From: Catajapyx aquilonaris | Lineage: Eukaryota | Direction of reading: 5' to 3' | Assembly: GCA_000934665.2 (NCBI GenBank) | Contig: JYFJ02004108.1 | Span: 1 to 34,781, forward strand | Length of the DNA: 34,781 nucleotides | In this document: positions 20,793 through 34,466 of the stretch, one piece after another | Position numbering within the stretch: the first letter of the stretch is position 1 | How the letters are laid out: each line of letters opens with the position of its first letter | Notes under the pieces: generated by a model | What the model saw: the letters and a program-made list of their open reading frames with translations, nothing else | What the model was told of the DNA's origin: nothing | Databases searched by the model: none | Translations under genes and position numbers: made by a program

Positions 20793-23700
20793 ATGGAGGG
20801 CTTCACCATCCCACTGGTGGGACCCTACTTCTTCCCGACCCTCTTCCTGGCTGCTGTGGTTATCTTCGTGATATTCGCCAACTATGCCAAGTCACTGGTT
20901 CTCTGCGGGAAGCAGCTGGAGGCTGAGCCAGAGGTGGAGGTCAAGCCAGTTGGAGGGGAAGAAGAAGATGAACCAGGGAGCAGCAGGAGGAAGAACAGGT
21001 GCGGTGGGAAGAAGAGCTGCGGGGAGTGCAAGTGCAAGGACAAGGTGGAGGCCGTGCAGGTCTTCTACGGAACGCAGATGGGGAAGGCGAAGAAGTTTGC
21101 GGAGATGCTGGCGGAGGAGGGCAAGAGGAGGGAGTTGGCCGTGAAGATTGTTGACATGGGCCAGTACGACCCAGAGGACAACCTGGTGCAGGAGGTGTGT
21201 GCTGTTGCCAGTACTGGCTGGAGAGCCAAACAGATTGCATGGTTTAAGTGTTACTGAAAGGAGAATGTCTCATGTCAGAAGATCTTGACGCGCATTTATT
21301 AACACTTGTTTGTTAGTAGTTCAGATGCTAACCCAGAAGCTGCAAAATGTCACAGATTTAACACATTGCATACTGTGAATCTATGTTGAAAGCTCTGCTT
21401 GTTCTCATTTCTTAGGTTGCTTAAAATGTCTCATAAGGAAGCCATTTACTAATTCTTTGACTGTGACCTTCACAAGGGGAAATGGTCACTCCATGTAAAT
21501 ATTGCACAAATTATTTCATTAAACAGAGACCATACCAACCAGAGTACATCAGCAGATCAAGTAGTTCAGTCACATGTGGTTGGATCTTGTTTATAAATGA
21601 CGGCAGAGGTCAAGGTTGCTACAAAATTGGCATCATTCCTGGATGTGGGGGTTGTTGACTGGAGAGTTTATTTTGCAATTGGACTTTGGCCATGACACTT
21701 GATATTCCTTGAAACAAGGGCATAAGGTGGCTGTTTTATCCCATTGTAAACAAAGGGTGATCAATATGACAAAAATTTTGGGCATTTTTGCCATGATGGT
21801 TGTATGGAGACAATTGTAAGGATTCCTTGACACGCTATATTTAACAATATTTAGGTAATGGATTGAAAATGCAAGTTGCGATTCAGCCATAATGAGTTGT
21901 TAGATGTAATGTGTAACAAGGGATGTGTCAGAAGGTAGTTTGTTCAATGCCAAAGCATTAGAAAACGTTCCAGTTTCAAACTAATTGATTAATTTTGTAG
22001 CCCAGACATTTCTCCAGGGAAATGTTGACCGAAGTTTGGATCCTTTAATTTTTTTAGTCGCACAAAAAAAATCATTCCTCACTTTTTTGAATGCCACTGA
22101 CTATTACTAATACACCTGTGAACAATAAGTGTAATTGTTGAACCATAAGTGTGTGCAGGAAGCTACAGCCATCATAAAAACTTGTGCATTTTCCATTATG
22201 TAATGTTGTTCAAGTTGTAGTTACGTTAAGCTCTGCTGATAATTTTAAGGGCCTTCTATGAAAATTCTTATTTGCAGGTGTCTGGAACCAATGTGAATGT
22301 GTACATAGTTTCTACCTATACTGATGGGACACCTCCGGAGTCCTGCAGGTGGCATTTCAAGTGGCTGGAGGAGGCCACCAATGACTTCCGCCTCCAGAAA
22401 GGATTGCTTAAAGGGATGAGATACACTGTTTTTGGTCTTGGGAACTCCCTTTATGCTGATCACTACAATCAGGTATTAGTCAAACATGGTGGGAGTGAAG
22501 GTTAGTGCTAATCTTAGTAATTTTATTTCTTCAGGCAGCGAAAAACCTAGACAAATGGTTCCACAAGCTCAAAGCAACTCTATGCTTCCCTCCTGGTCTG
22601 GGTGATGAAAATGCATCCCCTGGCACTGAATCGGATTTTGAAGAGTGGTCCTCCAAGTTCTGGGATTGGGTTGATCGAAGCATAGAGAAACGAGCCAAAC
22701 GGAAATGTGGCTGCAAGAATAAAAACAAAGATGGCATGGGTGCAGAAACAGCATTACCTGAAAGCGAGTCAGAGAATTGTGGCTGCAAGACAAAGGGCAA
22801 TGATGAAGGCATAAGCATGGATTCATCTTCAGATAGCGAGTCAGAATCAATTGACACTGGTATGGTGGATATGGAAGACCTTGGCCGTGTTGTGGCCCGC
22901 CCCCCAAGAAAAGCGGCAAATGGTGTACTTCCAGAGATGGTAACACCCTCATTACGTGAGACCCTCACGAAGCAAGGTTACCGCCTGGTTGGCTCTCATT
23001 CTGGTGTCAAGATGTGCCGATGGACAAAGTCAATGCTTCGTGGTCGAGGCGGCTGCTACAAGCACAGCTTCTATGGTATAGAGAGTCATCGCTGCATGGA
23101 GCTGACCCCAAGCTTGGCCTGTGCCAACAAATGTGTCTTTTGTTGGCGACATCACTCGAATCCTGTCGGAACCAGCTGGACCTGGAAGATGGACCAACCT
23201 GAGATGATTCTGGAGGAAGGACTCGCCAATCATAGGGCAATGGTTAATGAGTTTAAAGGTGTGCCTGGAGTTGTTCCTGAGAAGATTAAAGAAGGAATGG
23301 ATGTGCAGCATTGTGCCCTGAGCCTTGTGGGGGAGCCTATCATGTATCCAGAGATTAACAAGTTCCTGGGAATGCTGCATGGGAAGGGAATCTCCTCCTT
23401 TTTGGTCACCAATGCACAGTTTCCTGATGCTATCCGGTATGAAAGGCTTCAGGTTAAGGAGAAGTGCATCATGTATCTCCTTAATATATCTCATGGTGCT
23501 TTTTTTGAAGGAACCTGGTGCCTGTAACTCAGCTCTACCTCAGTATTGACGCTTCCACTAAGGACAGCCTGAAGAAGATTGATCGTCCATTGTTCCGTGA
23601 TTTTTGGGAGCGCTTCTTGGAGAGCCTGAAAGCCTTGGCTGAGAAGGGGCAAAGGACAGTGTACAGGCTCACCCTGGTTAAAGCTTGGAATGTCGATGAG

Positions 23701-24396
23701 CTTGAAAACTATGCCAAGCTTGTTGGTATTGGACACCCTGATTTCATTGAGATTAAGGTAAATGAAAATGTCTTACAAGTTTGAAGCAAAATGAAGGATA
23801 CAATATGCGTACAAGTTTTGAGATCACAAATTCTGATGCATGGGATCTTGAATAACCAACCACTATTGTCTTTCCAGGGTGTGACATTTTGTGGGACTTC
23901 CAAAGCCAGCAACTTGACAATGGAGAATGTGCCCTGGCATGAAGAAGTGGCAGAATTTGGCGCCAAGCTTGTTGCTGTGCTCCCGAACTATGAGATTGCC
24001 TCTGAGCATGAGCACTCAAACTGCATTTTAATTGCCCACAAGAAGTTCAAGATAGACGATGCATGGTGGACTTGGATTGATTATGCTAAGTTCCACCAGC
24101 TCCTGAAAGCATATGAAGAGTCAGGTGGAGAGAAGACATTCACAGCAGTGGTGAGGAATAGTGTGAACTAATAATTATTGAGAAAATCAAATGGTCTAAA
24201 GGAGTGTGTTGTATTTAAGTTTCTCTCTGAAGATCATTAATCTCAGATAGTGTGAATTGTTAAGTAAAAATTCTTTTTGCAGGATTACATGAGTAAGACA
24301 CCTAGTTGGGCAGTGTTTGGTGCGGCCGAAAGAGGATTTGATCCTGCAGAGACACGATGGCACAGGAAAGGAAAGAAGATGGATGGTGGATGTTGA
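20793..24396 (+). CDS. TYW1: S-adenosyl-L-methionine-dependent tRNA 4-demethylwyosine synthase, about 710 aa, 6 exons (20793-21194, 22278-22472, 22535-23436, 23511-23757, 23878-24150, 24283-24396)
   Basis: N-terminal hydrophobic anchor, flavodoxin domain (FYGTQMGKAKKFA, STYTDG, FGLGNSLY), LTKQGYRLVGSHSGVKMCRWTK, radical-SAM CxxxCxxC (CANKCVFC), EHEHSNC and ERGFDP motifs. All introns are GT-AG and in phase. Confidence 0.97.
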
Positions 24397-24845
24397 ACAT
24401 CCCTGTCAGACCTGACATAATTCAAACGTCCAGATGCGACACTGGATCCTCAACTATGTATGCTGAACTGCCAAATTCATTTGGTTGTGAGGATTCTCTG
24501 GTAATTTGAGCTACGCAGGTTGTAAAGTATTTCTGCCACTCAGGCCAGTCATAATAGTAGTTATATTTATTTGTATGAGCCTTTCTCAAAGCAGAACTTT
24601 TTCAGAAGCCAAAATAGCACAGGCCTGTAATAATAACAGCTGTTTGGAATAAATGAGAATGATAAATGTGACTATATATTATTAAAACATGGGCAGTGCT
24701 TAACAAAAATCCTTAGCACCATAACAGCAGTCTTCTCAAAATGCAACTACCTGGAAAACACCCAGGTAGTATCGAAACAGCAGATATTTCATGTATTTTT
24801 TAACAATACAAAATGAAACAACATAAACAACAACCACAAAGAACC

Positions 24846-27800
24846 TCACGTGAGTTTCTCCCAACACTTGTCCCAGAAGGCTTTAAGCCTGTTTTTATCA
24901 TTGGCACAAAATCCCTGGAAATCCCGCAGCACCTTGTTCTGGAAGTTTTCATCTCCAAGGGTGTGGTTGGGAGAGTATCTCCATCGCTTGCTGACCAGAT
25001 AATTCCAGGACCATAAAAATCCAATCTGAATATAAAACGGTGGCACAATGAGAATTACATGGGCATTCTTGGGACTTGGATGTAATCAGAGCACATTGAA
25101 CTGTCGTAGTAAATGAAGAATATTTACCCTCCGCTCTTCATCGTAGGAGTCTTTATTCTTTCCTGTGACATGCCTGGTGATGTATTCCTCATGTGGGCTG
25201 GGAACAGGCATCTCTCTCTGCACCTTCCTTGCATTTGATAACCTAGGCCCGCGGGAGCTGTTCACAATTGGGGTTCCACCAACTTGCGGATGCAGCTTGG
25301 TTGGGATAAGTATGAACATGTTCCCTGTGGTGTGGACATATTGATGTTGTACAGGGAGATTGGGGCGGCGGTGCTGTTGCTGGCTTTGGTCCAGTTGGCA
25401 ATGAGTGAACCCAAATTGGTGGGCTATCAGTTCTTGGAACAGGAACAGGCGCTGCTCCCAGGTCTCTTCTGGAAATTCTGAAATACGTAAATATGGTTTC
25501 ATTATCAAATTTTGATACTCAACATTGGGTTATGAAACTCTGACTTTAAAAAATAAACTTTCAATGACAGATAGTGTATGAAAAAAAAGAGTAAAATGTT
25601 CTTCGTAATTTTCTACAACTTGTAATAAGACCTCACAACAGCAGCTAATCCAAGATGTCACTGAGGCAAAAGGCTAGGAAAAGATTAAATTTCTTGTGAC
25701 GCAGTTACCTTGAAACAGGTAGCTCTTGTTCTCCAAAAGACACTCGACATCAATGGGTAAAAAGATGGGCCCTCGAAGTGGATCTGACTTGTATGAGTAT
25801 GGCAGAGCAAAGGGATCGTCTGGTACTGGCACAAGTTGGAAGGAGTACAGCTGAGCTTTGCGAGCCCATCCTTGAAGCTGCAATGCAACCACATTGAGTA
25901 ACGTGCACTTACATTAATTAAAATTTCCTTCTACTCATTAAGTGACTGACCAGATCAGTGATGATAGCTCCAGTGGACGTCATCCACTGCACAACTAGCT
26001 CGAATGCTTCATTGGCTTTGTAGATGGACTGATATTTTGCATGCCCCCATTCCTCCCTATCACTCTTAGATCCAATGTCCACATCCAAATAAGCCTCTTT
26101 GTACAGCAGAGCATACCTGACCTTGCTTGGATCTGATATATTTGGGTGGGACAGGTCTTTCTGCAAGAAATCTGGGATGGGGGTGGTGGTTGGGCTACTT
26201 GGCTGGGGGTTTGCAGCAGAATTCAGAGTGCGGTAGAAGAGGGAGCCAACTTCAATCCATTCATTCTGGAAGCTGCTTATGTCACCATTTGGGATGAAGC
26301 CTTCTTCTGTGGTACAAGATACGAATTTATTAGTGCATATTGAACACATCGTTTCTGATTGTAAAATTAGTTTACTGTCGCAATAGATACCAGGGATAAC
26401 CACTACGAGGTTTTAATGGAAGGAAGTGGTGACTACCGATGCATTGCATGGTAGGGAGGCAGGAGAAATAGCCGAGTTAAGCAATTTCACAAACTGGTTG
26501 ATCAATATTGAGCCCTCACCTTTGCTGGATGAATCAATTATATAATACAGGTAGAAGCCGTACTCAAACGGATGGTCAATTTTCCCAGATGCATGACATA
26601 TCAGCTTTTCTTTCAGCATTTCCTAAGGAAAAAATTAATTTATAATAGTTTATTCAGCAAACTAATTAATGGCAAATTACTTTAGGAAAAAGAATTGCTG
26701 TACCTCAAAAATTGAGACGGCTTGCATTTCATTTGCAATGCCTTCCATGTGCTCCACAAGCCACACTGTTGCATCGGCACTTACAAAGGCCAGGTTGGGA
26801 AGGTTTGGATGCTGGCAGAATCCCACACCTGTGACTGAATTTTTCATGGCTTCCAGTATTTCACTGAAGGTGGCAGTGGTCTTCAGAGGTTTTGGATCAA
26901 ATGCCCTGGAAATACACATGAATTGGTCAACATCAGTGCTTGGCTGTTGAGGTTGTCACTGAGGTCATACCCATCATCATGCATGGAGTCTCCATCCTGG
27001 CTGAGATCCAATGAAAGCAGATGAGGTTTCTGATCGCCTACATCCAAGGCTGGGGAGGCCCTTCCATTTGCAGTCCCTTCGCTTTTCATTCTATCCACCT
27101 TGGATCCAGATCTGCAAATGTACATGAAACATTCTGTATATGCAATGTGAACAGCTAGCAATAATCTGAAGAGATATATCGCTTCGGAAACTTTTAAATT
27201 CGTGTTTCACTATATCTCATAGCAGAAATCTTCCAACTATCTGAATACAAAATCCTTGCAGAAGTTATATCCTACTTTTGTTACGCAACTTAAAAACTTG
27301 ACAATATATGTTCCAAACTTTAAGTAATAGTTACAATCAGCCATTATGTGTCATGGATTAGAAGACATAGAAGCACAAGTTACCACACCCAGGATAAAAC
27401 TGATTCTCAAACTTACTTGAAAAGGCCCTTTACCCAATAAAAAATGCAGTATAAAGTTACAAAATTCTGCTGGAACATTTGAAGCCACTCACAGACACCA
27501 AGCAGTGCAAAAATAAAAGGTTGTGACAAGAATCACAGCAACTCACCTGCTGGTTAATCGCTCTACCATGCGAGGGTTGCTTAGCCTTTCCTGTTAGAGA
27601 CAGTACAGGGAAAGTCGTGAATTAAGGCAGGTTCACCTCCACCCAGAACTCAAAAAAAGCTGCAACCCAACCCAACACCATTCCTACTCCCAACAATCAC
27701 CCACCAAAGAACCCTAGGCACAAGTTAAAACGCTGCAGGAGGGGAAAAGAGGCATATGAGTAAAGCTGAGGCCACTGCAGAAGTTAGGCTGTAAATCAAA

Positions 27801-30800
27801 AGCACACTTTTTCTTTTAGTAGGCTGCAAACGAGAACACCACTAGACCCTATACTAGTAATGCCTCACCTGGGTCTGTGCAATTCTGTTATTCGATTGCT
27901 GCCTAGTCGCTCTCTGAAAGAACTCGTGCTGGATGTACTCACCTGAAAAAATAGGCTTTAGTTTCATGTGCTGGTCCTTCAATGAAAACAGTAACTTTTC
28001 AAATTTAACAATGCCACATGCCACATTGAGGTACATTGCCACTGCTTAAGTCCAAGCATGGTTACTGTTAATAAAATATGATGCTAAGCTCAAGCCACTT
28101 AAAGCCTGTTACCCAAGAAAATGTTAAATGCACAACCAAGTATGAGCGTAACTGCAAAAAAATAGTCAGCGTAATTTCAATGTACGAATAAAACCTATAG
28201 TCTTTCCATGTACAAAAAAAGCCACAGCTAATATTAATTCATGACTTTATCTGAACGAAAATTAGACTGTCATGTGATTTTTTTGAAGTTACACCATTAT
28301 AGCATAGCAGCATGGCCCACACTACAAAAAAGCATTAAGGAGCACTCAACACACCTACCGTGTTATTTACATGTACATAAAAATAACTGTCAACAAAAGC
28401 CATTTCATTATTCTTAATACATACCTATTTGGCCAAGTTATGATTCATGGAATCCCTGGCAAAAATGTTTTGCAACAGAGTATCAAAAAATTCAGTCTTC
28501 TTAAATAAGGCTCTGCATCAAAAGATTGCATTCAAAAAGTGAAAATGATGTAAACTCATAAAGTACTGTGACAGTTTGACTAAGATTCAAGAAAGCACAG
28601 GTAAGTGGTAATAAAATTATGGTCTCCTCAACCACAACCGTGTTATTTGTGATATGTACAAGTGCACAGTTTGCAGACTATACATATTTTCCCCTGTACT
28701 GAAGACGGCAAAAAAATGTATGAGATTGCATATGTGCACGCATTGGGCAGAAACCTCGAAAGCAGATGGCAAGAAATTTCAGAAACCAAAAGCAGCAGTC
28801 AAGAGGGGGGTGAGGAAAGTAACCCAAAGGCACATCTCTCCGGAGAGAGATATATTGACAGGTACAGAGATAGAGAACAAGAGGGGAGGGTACACTACCT
28901 GGGTATTAGTTTGCCCTGCTACTTGGAAGACATGCCCTTGTGAAATGAGCCCGCTTTGGCTACTCTTAGTTGGGTAAGGAGTGGCCAAACTAGCACGTCT
29001 GGGCTGGGTTTTGCCAAGCCCTCCCATAACTGGCATCCCAATGTGCCCACTCTGTTGGGTAGACTGTGTTTTGGGTATACCATTCACTTTTGAGAGACCT
29101 CAGGTACACCATCGGACAAAAAAATTTAGCGGATTTTGAACTTTGCTTCAATGGAAAATTGCCTCAATCTGTTTGTCCGATGGAGTACAACGCACTGTAC
29201 ACACTGCGGGAGAGGAATTTGAGGGAGAAAAGTGGTTCATAATAACTTGGCCCATGCCGACATCTAGAATATCGAGAAAATGGTGTTGAAATTGAGATAT
29301 TAGCATTTTCACACTTTTATCCCCAAGTTCCTTAATTTCAGTAATGATGGGCCGTTGTTCAAAAATAAGCTCTAACTCAGTTTCACCGACTAAAGAATAC
29401 ACTGTAACTAACTGATTTTTAGTAATTTGAATGAAGTAACATACAATTAGGAGGAAATTTCATTGTTGTGGGTTCACATAGTGTGGGGATAATCACAAAG
29501 GGCCACATACACACAGTAATGAGTTTTACAAGTACTCCCATGTGAAATTTTGGAATGGTTTTAGACTTAATTTGCATACACACTAACTTCTGCACAACAC
29601 ACACCATTTAAAAAACCTGTGAGTACTGTTTACTAATTCAACTGTGACAGTGCAAATTTGATCCAGTGCTGCAGTTCAGAAAATAACATACTGGAAACAC
29701 AAAACAGTTCACCACAAATTATACACCAATTACTGCTACAAAATTTGATTAGTACTCCCACTTTTAGTCATCATGTTATTTTTTTAAAAATGTACAAAAA
29801 ACACTCTCCACTACACAACAAAAATACATATGATATGTGCCTGTGGGAAAATGTCTAATTTGTAACTAATATCATCATTAATTCCATGCAATTCTTGACT
29901 GGACTTACCTCTCTCCTGCCACGACCCTTTTTGCCTATGTTAGGCCTCCGAATCTTGTTGATGCCATTCTCCATAAAGCGAAGAAATCCATCTACCAAAT
30001 TGCAGCACTCTTCCATGGTGAGATTAGTGTACACATCACAATGCTCCGACCCATCTGAAATCTTCTTAGTGCCAGGATGGTGAAGTGGCAACAGATACAT
30101 ACGAAACCTCCAAAATTTGAAGGACTGAAAAATGTAACAAAATAATCCCAGATGGATTTTAAAACTTGTCACGCCAATCACTCTACTTGCTACTCTTCAT
30201 TTACACTATTCTGGCAGAGAAAACTGACAGATATCCTGCATTTAGCCACATGCAGACAATTGAGCAAAGCCGTCAAAAAATTCAACAGACAATGGTTACC
30301 TGCATTTGTGAGCACCACACTTCCTGCAAAGCAAAGTCAGGGTCGCCACGAGTGCATATATAATGGTCCAGATAATTCCAGTTATAATTTTCCAGCTTCT
30401 CGGTGGTAAATTCCACCCAGGAAACTTCATATGAATTATTATCAGGGCCTTGGAATCGATATCGGTAATGTATGTTCTTCACAGGATATGGATGCCTGTT
30501 GTAAAGCAATGTGAATAAGGTTACTACAAATGTGGAATTGAAATTCAGTTTACCTACCTTGGTCTGTATCGAGTCACAGTTATAGTTGAACCACAGAGTG
30601 CAATTTTATGAAATATTCTTCCAATGCTAAGAAAATACTTCTCCACAGGTTCAGACTCTGCCAATTTTGACCAAGACATTGTTCCCATGTTGCTTTGAAA
30701 CTGTGGCGATACATTGGTCTGCAGCTCAGATGTGGAAGGTGCTGGTGGCGGCGGCAGAATGATCAGCTGAAATCCCTAGAAAAAGAAGAGAACGATTACA

Positions 30801-31189
30801 GCAATAACTGTAAAAAGGGTAAAATCATGTTACATTGTGATACATGCAATATGTGATGCACGAGAGGACTTGCATTGCAAATAAAAATGCTGCAAAGGTA
30901 AGTAAAAAATCAAATGAATCAAACAATTAAAAGGGCGCACCAAGTAAATAATTAAATGACAGACAAGATACCTGTGCTAATCTCTGGGACACTAGTTCTC
31001 TGAACACTTCTCCAGTGGTCAGAGGCCTCCTGTAAATTGCTCTTTGCTGCGCATAATCAGCGTTGACGTCATCTGGCAGCAGATTGTAGTCGGATACCAC
31101 ATAATCATTTTGGAGGCTCCTTTCATCCGGAAAGTAGTCTGTTGTGATTGGCAGGCAGGCTGGGATAGTCAGTGACTTCCAATCCACAC
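24846..31189 (-). CDS. DEPDC5: GATOR1 subunit DEPDC5/Iml1, 3' portion (5' exons lie beyond the window end). Exons 31189-30972, 30775-30558, 30495-30321, 30124-29909, [about 29051-28899], 27942-27869 [or 27590-27547], 27111-26971, 26905-26704, 26622-26520, 26306-25951, 25877-25709, 25477-25128, 25025-24846
   Basis: GVDWKSLTIPACLPITTDYFP, ELVSQRLAQ|GFQLI, LSIGRIFHKI, YNWNYLDHYIC, FWRFRMYLLP, a DEP domain (FVSADATVWL..LICHASG..GFYLY), QYVHTTGNMF and GFLWSWNYLVSKRWR. Splice phases are consistent. Bracketed exons are uncertain or alternative. Confidence 0.95.
27547..27590 (-). CDS. DEPDC5: Candidate alternative 44-nt DEPDC5 exon (ERLSNPRMVERLTSR)
   Basis: Acceptor TTTCCCTGTACTGTCTCTAACAG| and donor CAG|GTGAGT. 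Phase 0 to 2, the same as exon 27942-27869. Confidence 0.6.
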
Positions 31190-32094
31190 CTGAATGGAAA
31201 GTAATGGTGTTTGAATATGAACCATGCTAATTGGGATGGGATGGTTTTATTTAGTCCAATAAAACACAGATATGACTACTAAAAAGAAAGAAAAGCAAAC
31301 AGTCAAACTATTACTCAAGCTGGAGAGGTGACTGAAGATAGAAAGAATGTATAACTGAACCAGGATGACATGTCCATGTTGGGTGCATGGTGATGACTCT
31401 CGTAATACAACAGAACGGAAGGAAATGCTGTGTCGTAAACAACTACATTGGTCACAGAGTAACTCCAATACAAAATGAATCCAACTTGGCAAAGTGAGGG
31501 TCCCGCTTAAAAATCCCCGAGTCAGAGCTGTTAGAGGAACTATGAAGACCACAAAAACATGCATAAATATGTCATTAGGCTGTGGTGCAACCAGAAAGAT
31601 GACCATGTGCATGGTTTTCCCCATTATAATGTACAATAGTTCTACTGTATCCAAAATTATTAAATAAACTTATTTTAATACACAAGAACGTCACGTTATA
31701 ATGAACTGCGCTTATCAATGACTTGTAACTCTTGTGAAATGGCACAAGAACAAATCCTATTAATCATGCAACGTGTGTTGTATATTTACAATTGTGTTTC
31801 ACATCCTCACCACAAATGTGCTGGAATGCAATTTCTGGTTGTACCTTTAATGTACTTGCTAATTCCTACAGTACCAGCCTATTTATTCAATTGCTACATG
31901 ATTATTGTAGAAAATGTCAAGCAACTGAAAAGTTGTGAAAATGTAGCCAAGCACACATGCTAACAGTAAGATGATTAGAATCAGAAGCACATGCCAGAGC
32001 AAAGCCCACACTTACATGCTCTCCTAGTGAAAATCCATGCTCTAACCTCACTAATTAATCTTTATTAAGGATAATGTAAAGGAATGACTCAAAC

Positions 32095-32112
32095 CTATTA
32101 TAACTTTGCCAA
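32095..32112 (-). CDS. DEPDC5: Candidate 18-nt symmetric DEPDC5 microexon (xGKVII)
   Basis: Pyrimidine-rich upstream region, AAG|TTGGCAAAGTTATAATAG|GTTTGA. Phase 1 to 1, in frame with the GVDWKSL exon. Confidence 0.4.
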
Positions 32113-34466
32113 CTTTGGATGAATCCAACATCAGGGCATGGAACGAAAATGAGAAGGTAACAGGCTTCATGAGAATGCATTGAATTTCATTATTCTGATA
32201 AACTCGCTTTACAATAAGTCACTAGTATAAGTTGTAAGATTCAAACATGTGGGTAATGTAAAGAAAGAGTTTACAAAATCATCATCATTGTGCATATCTA
32301 GAAAAAATGTCATTGCTTTTGTGTTTTTGAACTGAAAATCAATGTTGTGTATGGGAAAATAATCAACATCTGGAAATAGAAACTAAGCATACAAGTTACC
32401 ATATTACCCCACAATCTGCAGCTGGTAAAGGCAAGGACGGCTGGTGTGGTTTTATGTATATTTTACCTGATAAAATGGTGTAATTTGTTTGAGCTGCAAA
32501 ATGAAGGAAAACACGCTAAGTTTTATGTCCTTTTCCCCCCATCAACATCACCAGTTAGAAATAGCTTCTGTACCTCACTTCCACTCCATTATCTTAGGAG
32601 TAAGCAGTCAGTGTGTTGGCACTGCACTTTTCCAACCATCCTCCCACCCATCAAACTAAATTATGGCAGCCCTATCTACAGCAATACTATCATTTATGTC
32701 CCTCCACCAGCAGGAAATATTTGTTTGAAAAACACATACTATAAGTACCTTGGTCTTAGAGGACCTCATGATGTAGGCCTATAGAGTATTAATATGTACT
32801 ACAGTATAATGATCTGGTAAGTAGTGAACTATTGCAGATGAAAAATGTTTACTGGTGCTGTGGATTTATTTAATAAACTTCATATCAGTATCCGCATATA
32901 ATATTTGAAATATTTTAAACTATTTTGTATTTTATTGGGAATACCGATAATCTTGAAGAGAAGGAGAAAATCTCCCCACTTTTTAAAAATACTGGCTAGC
33001 TGTTTCCAGTAGGGAATACTGGCTCCCTGGTTGACCAGGTTTTACACCAGCAGGCTGCAGGTTTCAGGGTAATGAGGTAGATTATAGAGTAATTTGAGGA
33101 ACTTGGATTGTTCTTACGTTAATGAGTTATTTAAAATACTGCTGCTGTTCTGGAATAAGCAATGCTCTAATATGCAAATTCTCATGTGTATTATCCTGTT
33201 AGAAACAAGTGTTATATGTATCAAGTGTATTTAATTCAGAGCTTTCTTTGTGTTGTAAGAAAGGACTGCAAATAGTAGCATTAAGACACACAATGATACA
33301 GACTGCCACTTTTTTTTCACATGACCCGGCGAGTGTTTAATATCGCTAGTGGAACTTGAGAGCAACTTGACTTAATGGACAAGTACACTTGTAGCTCAAG
33401 CTATCAAACACTGGACAGGTACAGTTTCACAGCGCAAGCACGAGCAATTGGCAATGGCAGTTTAGATGTGGGCCCATTACAGAGCATCCAATTCATTCCT
33501 TCAAGTTTACAAACACTTTGCATTGAGAGCCCCCTTTGCACATTAGAAATCAATTGGGCACAGCTCAACACATTTACCTCGACTTGCTGCAACAAGAATG
33601 TGTGTGAAAGAACACTCATACCACAATGAATTGGGAATGAGCAGCGCTGACAAAAAGGCATTTCACAGCTGAGTGACCTAAAAGTCAAATTCGGTATTAA
33701 CATTGCATTGCATTTTTGCTAATTCTGGCAGTAAAAATCAGCCAACATAACAGTACATGAATTGTGAAGTGACCAATTTACACACATCTGCTTCACGTCA
33801 ATATGCATGGGTTGATGTTGCATTTACATTGGTCACTCCACAATTATCAGCTCAGTGATAATGACACCATGTAGTACGTACACATGTTAACGTACACACA
33901 CTCACACTTGAAATTGAACAAATTTGCACATGTAGGCTTCCCACTTGTAGGGTACATTGCTATACAGTTACTATTATAACATTTCACATAATATTGATAT
34001 GTACAAAAAAAACTGGCACACTTGCCCATGCAACTCGCCCACCACTGACACCTCCAGGCTGAATGATCCGAATGAAAACATGTAATCTGGATTGATGGAC
34101 CTCAAAAAATACGACAAGTAGCATATTATGGCGAATGGGAGGGATGGGGAACTAAGCCACATATACAGGCGTTACCAGTATTGTAATTTAATATTTCCAA
34201 CCCAACCTTGAAATAAAAGTAAGTCAAATATTAAAGCATGCAAAAGCTAGGCGTTGAGAAGAAAAAAGACTTCAGATGAAGTTATTGTCAGTGAGAATGA
34301 TATCGGGTAATAAACCTTGTGCCCAAATATCAGTAACTTTGTATGATACTCTTTCTGGTATTTAGTTCTGAACACTGCAGATCAAAGAAAATACTTATCT
34401 GCACTTACGCAATTGCACAGATTAATGAATGGCATTTAAGTCCGCAGCCATCTTGCTTCTACTCAC

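Noticed and set aside
22073..22099. Minus-strand CAGTGGCATTCAAAAAAGTGAGG resembling a Tc1-type TIR
   Set aside because: No TA target site and no partner TIR found.
22531..23494. Several minus-strand ORFs of 127-154 aa
   Set aside because: Antisense shadows of the large TYW1 exon.
23437..23510. TCCTTAAT inside TYW1 intron 3
   Set aside because: The donor is GTATGA (U2-type) and a T-tract precedes the AG; a branch-like word alone is insufficient.
24385..24399. TYW1 ends Gly-Gly-Cys-TGA, resembling a GCU(G) selenocysteine tail
   Set aside because: TYW1 orthologues normally end in a similar xGC*, the next codon is Thr rather than Gly-stop, and I could not identify a SECIS.
30776..30971. DEPDC5 intron starting GTATCTTG, superficially U12-like
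   Set aside because: It deviates from RTATCCTT, has no TCCTTAAC branch and has a strong polypyrimidine tract, so it is U2-type.
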